Below, in pieces: positions 17,334 through 27,084 of a DNA stretch of 64,000 nt. The stretch is from a virus: the IMG/VR virus record IMGVR_UViG_3300023296_000994; one strand, given 5' to 3'. Both the position numbers and the translations under genes were made by a program. Within the stretch, counting starts at the first letter, position 1; the number at the start of each line of letters is the position of its first letter. The notes below the pieces were generated by a model. The model was not told where the DNA came from, ran no database searches, and was given only the letters and a program-made list of their open reading frames with translations.

Positions 17334-19646
17334 TCAAATAACAGTTAAATCATCTCCAAGTATTAATTCATCTGCTCGAACAAATCCTCTATTCTTTATA
17401 TATATTTTATGGTTAGGTGTTACTTGTATAATACTATCATCATCAAGTACAATTTCAAGCCATTCATCAGAATCACCGTTATTAAATTTATTAGTTACAG
17501 GTCTATACTCAATAGAATCTGTATCCGAGTCATATGATAATACATCATCTGTTATACCACTGTCAACAAAATCAGAAATCTTCATTCGGCCGTTGTTTTT
17601 CAACTGTAATATCGCGTCTGGATATATACATTTTTCAGTGGGCATTGTATTCATACTTAAATTACCTTGTAATGATGTAGTTATAATATGCTTCATATCA
17701 CCGAAGGTTAACTCTTTATCATCAAATGGGTGCGACATGTGTCCGTATGCTCCGCCACAAGTGAGTAATTGCTTGATATTACGAGATCCCATTGGATGAT
17801 TGGATGATTCTATATCAACAATCAATTCTCTTAATGATATTGTTGAATTACCCCCTTTACTTTCATTCAACCTACCACACATCATTTCAAAGTTTGTATA
17901 ATGAGAGATAATTTCAACTGGAATATTTTTATTAAAGCCATCATGTATTGATAACTTATGGTCTAAATGAAAATCTCTACTCCGCTTTTTAGCATTCGGT
18001 ATTTCATTGAAATATGTTTGATAGTTTTCATTAGATAAACGTCTAACTTTTTCTTGGTAACGTTCAAATGCTGGCTTATCTTCCAATAAAGTCCAATTTC
18101 GAGCTTTAGCTATTTTATCTTGTGTCTTACTATTACCAAATCCATATTTCTTACCAGTTATCGAACTCTTTTCTCTCAACGATGGTTCTTTCTCATATGA
18201 TTTCCGAACACCATCCGATACCTTTTTTTTGTTTTCAGAAGAATGCATCGAATTATTTTCAGACATTTTTTTCTTAGCTTCATCGCTTGCGATTCTGCCA
18301 GTAGAACCAATTCTTTGTTTTTTTCGGTATTCATCTGTGGTTACACTTTTTTTATGTGTTTCCCTAACAGTGGAATTAGCCATCGGATTTTTATTACCTG
18401 TGTTTTTAACGGAGTCTGCTATAAGTGGTGCATTTGGGTATTTATCTTTATATTCCACCATAGTCATATCATTATGGCTATATTTTAAATGTCTGTATTG
18501 AATTTGTTTCATCATACACCCACACACCATACACTGTACTTTTCCCTCATCATCATTGGGAAACTCGACAAGGAGCCCCTCAGATACCAAGTCATCGGTC
18601 TGAGTGTTTGGCTCCGAATAATCAGTTGACATTTCAGCGCCAAGGTAATCCAAAAATTGCATTCCCACTGATGACGCAATATTTTTTATATATTTTGCCC
18701 ATTCTGCAAATGCTTCTACAGATTCAAAGTCGTCCTGGTTAATTGTAGTTGTCTTTCCAGCTACACCTGCGGGGAAAAATGATGGTGATCTAGTTATATG
18801 TGAAAATCTAGATGATAAGTTATTAAGTGACATATCAGAATCTCCGGTTATGTAATTTATTACTTTCATTCCGAGCTTTTCTGCTACATGATTTGTTGCC
18901 GATTTATATGAATTGGTTGTACGATACCACATCTGCGGGCCATCATCCACATCACCCAATGATGATAAACTTGATAAACTTGCTTCGGTTATACTATCCG
19001 AGAAATCACTATTATTTATAAATTTTTCTAATAATTCATTTACACGTAATCTACTTGATATCATTTTATGGATAGAATGGTCGTGCCATCCCATAATACT
19101 TTTAAATGTTTTTTTAGCTTCGGGTGTATTCGGGTCTTGAGCCAAAGCTTGGCGAATTGTAGTACCCGACATTTCACCATAACCAGCAACGTTAAGAGAT
19201 ATATGCGGAGCAATTAATGTATACGCGCCTTTTCTATATCCTACCGATGCTACTCCCTTCCACGGGGAGAAAAACTTACTGCCAAGCCGTTCCTGATCTT
19301 TTTTTCCAACTATAAATACAGCAGCAGTTGTTTCTGGGTCGTATTTACTTAATAGCTCTGTAGCTTGATATGGATTTTTTACTTGTATAATTTTACGAAT
19401 ACCGTGCTTATTAAATATTTTCTTTTTTTCGTTAAAATTCATCGGCGACTTCGGCAACTGTACTTTGTCGCTGGTTACTACCCATGCTTCATCAAAAAGG
19501 GTTTCTACCCACTTGAATGTTTTAACGTGATGTTTACCAGCGGGTTGAAATCGGCCTGGGTATATAGCAACTATAGTCTTTATACCATTTGATTTTCTAT
19601 CCGCTTCAGATAAAATATTATGTGCTATCCATTCACCGTAATTCAT
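17334..19646 (-). CDS. polyprotein: cytidyltransferase-like domain, inserted HNH endonuclease, N-half of ligase-fold protein, split intein N-part (98 aa)
   Basis: YPGRFQP..KHH and MSGTTIR; HLDH..N..N.SK; GGAYGHMSHPFDD; TEK|CIYPDA..VTPNHKIY..ADEL..GDDL. Confidence 0.8.
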   Translation of the reverse strand: MNYGEWIAHNILSEADRKSNGIKTIVAIYPGRFQPAGKHHVKTFKWVETLFDEAWVVTSDKVQLPKSPMNFNEKKKIFNKHGIRKIIQVKNPYQATELLSKYDPETTAAVFIVGKKDQERLGSKFFSPWKGVASVGYRKGAYTLIAPHISLNVAGYGEMSGTTIRQALAQDPNTPEAKKTFKSIMGWHDHSIHKMISSRLRVNELLEKFINNSDFSDSITEASLSSLSSLGDVDDGPQMWYRTTNSYKSATNHVAEKLGMKVINYITGDSDMSLNNLSSRFSHITRSPSFFPAGVAGKTTTINQDDFESVEAFAEWAKYIKNIASSVGMQFLDYLGAEMSTDYSEPNTQTDDLVSEGLLVEFPNDDEGKVQCMVCGCMMKQIQYRHLKYSHNDMTMVEYKDKYPNAPLIADSVKNTGNKNPMANSTVRETHKKSVTTDEYRKKQRIGSTGRIASDEAKKKMSENNSMHSSENKKKVSDGVRKSYEKEPSLREKSSITGKKYGFGNSKTQDKIAKARNWTLLEDKPAFERYQEKVRRLSNENYQTYFNEIPNAKKRSRDFHLDHKLSIHDGFNKNIPVEIISHYTNFEMMCGRLNESKGGNSTISLRELIVDIESSNHPMGSRNIKQLLTCGGAYGHMSHPFDDKELTFGDMKHIITTSLQGNLSMNTMPTEKCIYPDAILQLKNNGRMKISDFVDSGITDDVLSYDSDTDSIEYRPVTNKFNNGDSDEWLEIVLDDDSIIQVTPNHKIYIKNRGFVRADELILGDDLTVI
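17757..18563 (-). mobile_element. in-frame HNH homing-endonuclease-like insert (about 269 aa), no intein motifs
   Basis: Zn finger CMVC..HLKYSH, basic NUMOD-like repeats, DFHLDHKLS..TN..LNESK; boundaries inferred. Confidence 0.65.
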
Positions 19647-20389
19647 TTTATATTTAGGCTCTTCAATTTTAATTCATTTTCAATCCATTGTCTACCTATA
19701 TTATTATCAATTGGTTTATTAACAAATTTAGTAGTCAATGATATCTTTCTTTTATGTATTTTATTAAAATCACCTATTTCGGTGTTATCAACTATGTACA
19801 TATATTTACCAAATAAAGTTTGGAACTTTCCAATATTAGCTTGCGTTTTTTTCCAATAAGCGGCGACCAGGTCATCTTTGATTACGCGTTCGCGCTGTCG
19901 GTTTCTTTGTAGTGCTGTCTTTAAATCTGTATTTACAAAAACCATAGCAGTATCATACCCAATTGATTCCAAGCGACTTTGTTCGTTAGCTATTTTATTA
20001 TAATCCTTACCCGTACCATCCAATACCATGCCCAATCTACCAAGTTCATAAATCTTTTTTAATTTAGTGACGGTTTCCTTTGCTTTGATGCGGGGTGATT
20101 CAGGTCGTGTTGTATAGTACTGAAATAATTTATCTGTCATTTGTCCTAATTTGGTTGGATCAATGTGTACCTTTTTAAGTAATCGTTCGAACTGTATGTC
20201 CGAATTTATTACTTTCAATCCGAGGGTACTTGTACCAGACATAATCGTATCAACACCGAATATTTTATCAGCAGCAAATGACTTTCCTGATACTGGACCT
20301 CCAGCCATAAAAACAGCCTTTAATACACCTTTGTCATTAACGCCTTCAAATAAGAAGTTATTCAATACATTTATGTCAGTTACAATCAC
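19643..20389 (-). CDS. P-loop kinase (zeta toxin/AAA_33-like)
   Basis: AVFMAGGPVSGKS, INSD..FE, VLDGTG, ALQRNRQRER. Confidence 0.75.
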   Translation of the reverse strand: MIVTDINVLNNFLFEGVNDKGVLKAVFMAGGPVSGKSFAADKIFGVDTIMSGTSTLGLKVINSDIQFERLLKKVHIDPTKLGQMTDKLFQYYTTRPESPRIKAKETVTKLKKIYELGRLGMVLDGTGKDYNKIANEQSRLESIGYDTAMVFVNTDLKTALQRNRQRERVIKDDLVAAYWKKTQANIGKFQTLFGKYMYIVDNTEIGDFNKIHKRKISLTTKFVNKPIDNNIGRQWIENELKLKSLNIK

Positions 20390-20433
20390 TTATCAATACT
20401 CCCGTTTAACTTTGTATATAAATATCAAAAAAA

Positions 20434-21303
20434 TTAAATAACATATTCTAGTAAGATAGTTCCCCTATTCGACCCGGTTGCGTCAAAATCGGTACTATCA
20501 AACGTTCCAGATGCTTTCCGGAAAATAGTTACATTTGTAGCATCATATGACACTACAGAAGCTTCAATATTACCATTAGATGTATTCAGATATGGGAGAC
20601 AATACCCAATTGTTTGTACATCATTAATTATGGACGCATTTGCTGTACGGATACTTGTCACTGCATTACCCAGACCATGTGGGATTGTTACACTTTGCGT
20701 CGCGTCCATGTCCCAAATACCAATCGGAATTTCTTTTGATGATATACCATTAATATCAAGTGATCCAGTTATACTTACTGACCCGCTGATTTGGTGAATA
20801 TCAGATATATCATTACCCAATTTAGTATTTGCCCTGAGCTGGACATTGCCCTTAAATGCGGAAGTTGACAACGGGTCCGATGCAAGAAACGCTGATGCTG
20901 ATACGAATGAATCGGCAGAGCTACTTGCGTTTGTTACTTGAAGACCGTTATTATTAAATGATAATCGTACGCCGTTTTGGCCGCCATCAGGATTTTCCCT
21001 ATCATCAGTAAATAGAATATCAAATGTGCCACCCGCGTACATCGTAAGAGGATATGTATCGCTGGGAACCGTTCCTATACCAATATGACCGGATGAACTC
21101 ATAACTAGCATCGGTGCCATTTCTCTATTACTTCCACTTATTGTATAAAATGAAACACTATCTGGTTCGGAACCATATAACATCATGACCGCGCTTGAGG
21201 TCTGGGGTACACCTGGCTTACCTGATTCGGTTTCATACGTAGTACTTCCATTACTACCGCTCGGTATGAAAAACATTTTATCGTCTGTAAATCTAATTGG
21301 CAT
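20434..21303 (-). CDS. virion/tail fibre-like protein
   Basis: GHIGIGT, DIHQISGSVSITGSL; S/G/T-rich. Confidence 0.5.
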   Translation of the reverse strand: MPIRFTDDKMFFIPSGSNGSTTYETESGKPGVPQTSSAVMMLYGSEPDSVSFYTISGSNREMAPMLVMSSSGHIGIGTVPSDTYPLTMYAGGTFDILFTDDRENPDGGQNGVRLSFNNNGLQVTNASSSADSFVSASAFLASDPLSTSAFKGNVQLRANTKLGNDISDIHQISGSVSITGSLDINGISSKEIPIGIWDMDATQSVTIPHGLGNAVTSIRTANASIINDVQTIGYCLPYLNTSNGNIEASVVSYDATNVTIFRKASGTFDSTDFDATGSNRGTILLEYVI

Positions 21304-21306
21304 TTA

Positions 21307-22980
21307 TTATAGTGTTGGTGGCGGAGTTGGTGGTAAGCTGGCACCTACCGTAATATCACTGAATGATGCGGTGGCGGCGGAACTAATTTCTCCGTCACCG
21401 TATTGAGCGTAATATGTGTTAGACCCTGATATTTGGAACATTAATTGATTTGTACCAGCTGCTGCTCCGTTCATAAATGAATCTATATTTCCAAGGTACA
21501 TATTACCTGCTAAAAAGTTATCCGGTCCGTTCATATAAACGTTCGACCCAGTAAAGAATAAACTAGAAGTAAGAAAAGATACATTTGATGGTTCTTTTGT
21601 GTTACCTAAAAATTCCAATTTAAAATCTATTCTATCGTTTTGTTGATATGACGGAATTCTAATTAATGATTTAAAATGGGTTGGGGTTCTACCATCTAAT
21701 GTATACGGTTTTATTGAAACATCGGAAATATACCACGTACCAGTGTTTAATCTAAATACAGGGGTTACATTTCCATCTTTATCAGCCTTAAACCTATACG
21801 CAAGAATGTTCTTTACATCCGTACCATTGACGGCGTTATTAGTAATATATGATGATTGACTTTGATTTAATGGATATGGGATAATCGCTGGATTATCTAC
21901 TGTATTATATTCAAATTGGTTTGTAAATATAATATTGTTACCATTGATTGATGCTGTCCCAAATGTAGCTGGGTTATATTCATCTATTATTCTACCGTAT
22001 GTACGGTTTGTATCTCTAATTGCCGAGCCGGATAACCAGAAGTCAAGCTTAGGCGATTTAATAATAGTGCCGTCCCAGTCATTAGCAGCATTAGCGGCTA
22101 ATTTAAAAGAAATAATGTATTCATTATCTTTATAAATGGCTATGGGATTAGTTGACGTTAATTTAGTAAATACGTCATTTCTGGCAGGCGTTGTAAGCGT
22201 AGGAACGGCCATACCAATTTTGTAAGAATTCAATATAATAGAATTATCGATACCATTACTCACATTCGATAGTCCGCCCATTACACTAGAAGTCCAATAA
22301 TAATTTGCATTGTTTGCGGAAATCATCTGCCCTACATTTACAAACTGATTATTACTTGATGTTAAATTAACAAATAATTCTTGGGTTGTTACTTCATCTT
22401 CAGATATAACATCGAAATTCCGAAGGCCAGTGGTTCTCATCGAAGTTCGTATATAAGATACATTTCCAATTACAGGAATCATATCAGCAATTTCAATATT
22501 TACATATGATTGAAAATTGAAAGAACCGGTGTTCGGTGATTCTATGATTGACCTATACGTTATTTCGTATGAACTTCCACTAAATTCCGATGGAAAGAAG
22601 TCATATTTTAAAGACGGAACCTGACCATTACTATTATATTCAACTTTAAATGTATACGGAGGTGATACTATGGCCAACCTATCATTCAAAATAGAAACAA
22701 TAGTAGCTTCATATTTTGTATCAAATCCATCACTAATAGTAGATGATCCGGTGTTGGGACGCATTTCTTGTGGTGAAGCAACAGTAATTCTACCGCCTAC
22801 ATAATTTCGGCCGAAAACCGAGTCGGATGATTCTATTATGGGTTGGCCGCCTATGACTCTATAAGCTACATTACCACCTGCTTGTTCGGTGATTTCCGAC
22901 ACGGTGGAAGCAGAATAATACTCAAGCCTTAGCTCGGATATATTTACTCGTGGTTGATGTGTAAAGGCTGGTCCTGGCAT
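21307..22980 (-). CDS. virion structural protein
   Basis: Beta-rich S/T/N composition; late promoter upstream. Confidence 0.5.
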   Translation of the reverse strand: MPGPAFTHQPRVNISELRLEYYSASTVSEITEQAGGNVAYRVIGGQPIIESSDSVFGRNYVGGRITVASPQEMRPNTGSSTISDGFDTKYEATIVSILNDRLAIVSPPYTFKVEYNSNGQVPSLKYDFFPSEFSGSSYEITYRSIIESPNTGSFNFQSYVNIEIADMIPVIGNVSYIRTSMRTTGLRNFDVISEDEVTTQELFVNLTSSNNQFVNVGQMISANNANYYWTSSVMGGLSNVSNGIDNSIILNSYKIGMAVPTLTTPARNDVFTKLTSTNPIAIYKDNEYIISFKLAANAANDWDGTIIKSPKLDFWLSGSAIRDTNRTYGRIIDEYNPATFGTASINGNNIIFTNQFEYNTVDNPAIIPYPLNQSQSSYITNNAVNGTDVKNILAYRFKADKDGNVTPVFRLNTGTWYISDVSIKPYTLDGRTPTHFKSLIRIPSYQQNDRIDFKLEFLGNTKEPSNVSFLTSSLFFTGSNVYMNGPDNFLAGNMYLGNIDSFMNGAAAGTNQLMFQISGSNTYYAQYGDGEISSAATASFSDITVGASLPPTPPPTL

Positions 22981-23001
22981 TGTATTTTCCAGATATAAGT
23001 A

Positions 23002-26000
23002 TCAATATATTACTTTACTAAATCCTTTTATCTTATCGATTTCAATTAAGTCATCTGTCATGTCACGCATTACATCAATATGAGATATAATGAATATAAA
23101 ATCAAATTGGACCTTCAAACAATCGAATAACGTATCCAATGATGATATGTTTTGTGAGTCCAAATTTCCAAATCCTTCATCAACGCAAAGAAAGTTAGGC
23201 CTTGGTAAGTTAGATATATTAATTAAGGCCACACGAATTGCTAATGACGCAACAAATTTTTCCATGCCGGACGTTAATTCAAGAGGCCATTTATCATCAC
23301 CATACGCAATATGAGTCAATATATTTTTTCCATCAACATTAAACTCAATTCTAAAATCAACTATCTGAGATAATATTTGATTTACTTCACTTTCAATGTG
23401 AGGTAATACATCAGATATTATTGTGTATGGTATACCATTACGCTTAACAGCATCGAGATAATATTCATACGCTTTTAATTTCAATTCTAATTGGTGTGCT
23501 TGATTTATATGATTATTAATATCGCTTACCTTTGTAGTCGATACTTTCATATCACTTATTATATCTTGTAATTCTGAATTAATCTTATCATATGCTATAT
23601 CCAATAAATCAACATTACGTATACACTCATCAATCTTTAATTGAACACGTTGGTTATGTATGATTGATTTCTTATGTGTTTCATATAGAGTTATATCAGA
23701 TACAATTGATTGTATTTTGCTTTTTGATTTTACTATATTAGATTCTATAACAGAATAATTAGATTTTATATTCATCAGTACATTGGAATACTTACTTAAT
23801 TCTGATATTAAATTATTATAATCTTCTATATCAGAATATCTATTGGCGCATGTATCCAATTTAGACTTTAATATATCTCTGTCCGATAGTAGATTGGAAA
23901 CAATACCCTTATCATTATCCAAATCCTTTTTGATTTTGAATGCACTTTGAACAAACGGTGTATTTTTACAAAAATCACAATCGGGGTCGAATTGACCTAT
24001 GGCATTCAACTTATCTATTTTAGCTTTAACCGATACTTTTAAAAGTTCGATCTTTTGAATTACGGTATTATGACCTGTGTTATGTTGTTCCCATGCTTTA
24101 TGTTCGGTTTTTATTTTATCTATATCAATTAAATTCAGCTTATCATTGATAACTATTAACTTAGATTCAATGTTAACCTTACTTTCAATTTCGTCTGATA
24201 GATGTTCTTCTAATGTTATTAGATTTGCCTCTTCTAATGATTTATTTTCATTTAGACTATCTATGTCCAATTTAGAAGACAGATTAATAAGATCTTTATT
24301 TAAACTAGCTATGGTATCCGTAACAGACTTTATTTCATCTTTTTTTAATTTAAGCTTATCAGATACATCAATTTTATTAGATGCTAAAGATAAAAGTTTG
24401 GTTTCTTGATCTATTAATTGTTCATCATAATCTACGTTCTTAAATGTTTTCAGTAAAACCGAAACTTCCTTCACCTCATCGTTTGCAAGTTGATATAATT
24501 CCTCGAATATAGATATATCCAAAAACTGAGCAAGGAGATCTTTCTTTTCTGTTTGTGATTTATCAATAAATCCGGTACTATTATTTTGCACTGAAAGTGA
24601 TGTTAGTACAAAGTCATCGTATGTTCCAAGTAGTGATCTAATCGATCTATTAGTATCTCTACGTTGTTCACCATTTAAAGATATTATGTTACCGGATTCT
24701 ATTGTCCAGAAATTAACAAGTACCTTTACCGATCCATTTTTTTGCTTCTTTGCTTCTCTTTCTATGAAGTAGTCTTGGCCGGAAATTTCAAATGTAAATT
24801 TACACTGGAATGATGCCTTCCTATTGTTCATAATATCAAGAGCAGTACGACCTCTAGAGCACTTATCAAATATACAAAATGATAGTGAATCAAGTATAGA
24901 TGACTTGCCAGAATGATTGGATGCAAATAGCCCTACAATACCGTTAGCCTTCGTAAAGTCTATTTTGTTATTTCCTCCGTAACTAAACATGTTGGAAAAT
25001 TCAAATAGCTTTGCTTTCCAATTAACATTTCTAGTTATTTCGATACCGCTTAATCCAGTATTTAGATTTTTATTAATCTTATGAACTTCATCTATTACCG
25101 AGTCATCAACGTTGTGATTAGTATATATGTATTCATACAGTAATTCATTTTGATAATTAACATCTCTAATATTTCGTGATAATACCTGTGATGTTTTACT
25201 TGCGCCCAACGTAGATATTTTATCCATACGAATAGGAATAACATCGGTAGGTCTACATACAGTTCTAATTTCCTTTACTATTGTTTTTAGTTGGGCCTGC
25301 GTTGTATTTGAATGACGAATTCTTATACGTGGAAATTTCGGTATATCATTTATACTGGGTAATTTTCCATTGGATATTTCCAATGTATAAAATCCAAATT
25401 CATTTTTAATATTAGTGAATTTGGGTGTACGGGTTTCAACGTCCCATATTGTACAGCCATGATTTTCATATGATTCACCAAAATTCTGCTGTATAAGTGA
25501 CCCGGGCTGTAATATGGTACTATCATCATTATAAAATTGGCGCTTGTGAATGTCACCAAGCATAGACATATCATACCCATCAAACATTGATATTGGTAAA
25601 TCTTTATTGGACACTCTATATCCCGTATCAGTTACGGATTTGTCAACAGCGCCGTGAAATAAAGCTACCTTTGTGTCAGCCTCAAAGTCTTTTGATTTTA
25701 TAAAAGAAGATGGTGAATCAAATATACCAAACACAGTAAAGTGAACATTACCTATTTTATAAACGCCCGAATCCTTTAAATAATGTAAATTATCATTATC
25801 AATACGTTCTATGATTGGCGACAGTGCATCTAACCTTGATAAATTATTCAGGTTGGCATCGTGATTACCAGCGATGACTATAGTAGTTCTACGTGATGCC
25901 AGCGCATCCAAAAAATCAGATACAATTCTGATTAATTCCGGTGATATATCAGTCTTACTATGTACTATGTCACCACCGACATACACAATCGATTCAGGAG

Positions 26001-26142
26001 GTAATTTATCTATTATCGAATATAGCTTTTTAAAAATGCTTTTATATTCTTTATGGCGCTGATAGTTCCTAATATGAATATCTGCGATATGCAATATCTT
26101 ATTTACAGTATCAAAACTGTATGGTATTTTATTAATTTTCAA
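23002..26142 (-). CDS. fused Mre11/SbcD nuclease and Rad50/SbcC ATPase (gp47-gp46-like)
   Basis: HIADIH, GDIVH, GNHD, FHG, GDIH; then NHSGKSS, coiled coil with CDFC hook, TSGME, VDEGFG, ISH. Confidence 0.92.
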   Translation of the reverse strand: MKINKIPYSFDTVNKILHIADIHIRNYQRHKEYKSIFKKLYSIIDKLPPESIVYVGGDIVHSKTDISPELIRIVSDFLDALASRRTTIVIAGNHDANLNNLSRLDALSPIIERIDNDNLHYLKDSGVYKIGNVHFTVFGIFDSPSSFIKSKDFEADTKVALFHGAVDKSVTDTGYRVSNKDLPISMFDGYDMSMLGDIHKRQFYNDDSTILQPGSLIQQNFGESYENHGCTIWDVETRTPKFTNIKNEFGFYTLEISNGKLPSINDIPKFPRIRIRHSNTTQAQLKTIVKEIRTVCRPTDVIPIRMDKISTLGASKTSQVLSRNIRDVNYQNELLYEYIYTNHNVDDSVIDEVHKINKNLNTGLSGIEITRNVNWKAKLFEFSNMFSYGGNNKIDFTKANGIVGLFASNHSGKSSILDSLSFCIFDKCSRGRTALDIMNNRKASFQCKFTFEISGQDYFIEREAKKQKNGSVKVLVNFWTIESGNIISLNGEQRRDTNRSIRSLLGTYDDFVLTSLSVQNNSTGFIDKSQTEKKDLLAQFLDISIFEELYQLANDEVKEVSVLLKTFKNVDYDEQLIDQETKLLSLASNKIDVSDKLKLKKDEIKSVTDTIASLNKDLINLSSKLDIDSLNENKSLEEANLITLEEHLSDEIESKVNIESKLIVINDKLNLIDIDKIKTEHKAWEQHNTGHNTVIQKIELLKVSVKAKIDKLNAIGQFDPDCDFCKNTPFVQSAFKIKKDLDNDKGIVSNLLSDRDILKSKLDTCANRYSDIEDYNNLISELSKYSNVLMNIKSNYSVIESNIVKSKSKIQSIVSDITLYETHKKSIIHNQRVQLKIDECIRNVDLLDIAYDKINSELQDIISDMKVSTTKVSDINNHINQAHQLELKLKAYEYYLDAVKRNGIPYTIISDVLPHIESEVNQILSQIVDFRIEFNVDGKNILTHIAYGDDKWPLELTSGMEKFVASLAIRVALINISNLPRPNFLCVDEGFGNLDSQNISSLDTLFDCLKVQFDFIFIISHIDVMRDMTDDLIEIDKIKGFSKVIY

Positions 26143-27049
26143 TTTTTAATGTCATAATTTGATAGGAATCCGTTGGCGTGGATGACGTAATAATGTCAGC
26201 CATACCTTTCTTTCCAATTTCGTTTGGGTCTTTATCCCCAAGGCCAATTAGGTGGACGGATATTCCGTTGTTCATAAAATATTCAGAATGAGCAATAGAC
26301 CGTTTTATTGCATCGCCGTCAAGTATAATGTTTATTCTACTTACATTATTCTGTACTATTTTTAATTTCAATTCTGATAATATATTTGTACCGTATAGCG
26401 GTACTGTATTGTCTCCTGTAGATATAGCGTCTATAGGTGATTCCACTATGTTTATAGGTTCATTCCAATTAATAAGTAATTCGTTTCCTATTATATCCTT
26501 AGTTACATTGGGGAGTTTATGTTTAAACCCAGATTCATAATATGCCCTTCCTACAAAAAAATTAACTTTTCCATTTGAATCATATGATGGGAATATTATC
26601 ATATTCGAATATGCTCCTGTTTCACAATATCCTATATTATAACGTAGTATATCGTACTTAGTAATGTTACGTTTTTTTAAATATTTAACTGCATTTCTAT
26701 AGTTCATTGAATTGTATGACCCGGCGGTAATGGGTATAAATTCCAATGGGAGGGAAACCGTAGTATTGTTTTCTTTTTTATCACCGTCTATATTATAGGA
26801 CGTTTTAGGTACTAATTTAATCAGAGCTTTAAGATTCGAATCAGATGCTCCAAACTTATAAAACAACGTTGATAATCTGTTACCGGCTTGCGCGCATATC
26901 CAACAATGCCACTTATGACTCACAAGGTTAATTGCTAGCTTCTTTTTTCTATGGAAACAATACGGACAATGAACCATATATTCATCGGCCTTCGGTATTG
27001 ACGGTTCAATTACCGTTGACAATAAACTTACCAGTTTTTGTTGCAGCAT
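26132..27049 (-). CDS. DNA primase (Zn finger and TOPRIM)
   Basis: CPYC..HCWIC, IVESPIDA, LDGDA, KDPNE; ATG 27049 preferred because TTG 27055 lies inside the promoter. Confidence 0.85.
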   Translation of the reverse strand: MLQQKLVSLLSTVIEPSIPKADEYMVHCPYCFHRKKKLAINLVSHKWHCWICAQAGNRLSTLFYKFGASDSNLKALIKLVPKTSYNIDGDKKENNTTVSLPLEFIPITAGSYNSMNYRNAVKYLKKRNITKYDILRYNIGYCETGAYSNMIIFPSYDSNGKVNFFVGRAYYESGFKHKLPNVTKDIIGNELLINWNEPINIVESPIDAISTGDNTVPLYGTNILSELKLKIVQNNVSRINIILDGDAIKRSIAHSEYFMNNGISVHLIGLGDKDPNEIGKKGMADIITSSTPTDSYQIMTLKIEN

Positions 27050-27052
27050 ATA

Positions 27053-27084
27053 CAAATATAAGAAAAAAGAATCGATTATCCAAA
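27053..27084 (-). promoter_or_regulatory. canonical Bacteroidota sigma-A promoter for primase
   Basis: TTTG-N20-TATATTTG. Confidence 0.7.

Noticed and set aside
17757-18563. Group I intron explaining the HNH insert
   Set aside because: The frame is open throughout and I could not see P/Q/R/S core elements; not excluded without RT-PCR
20282-20305. Inactivated Walker A (GGPVSGKS) in the kinase
   Set aside because: Still fits GxxxxGKS; a single base separates it from GGPGSGKS, so it is not evidence of inactivation
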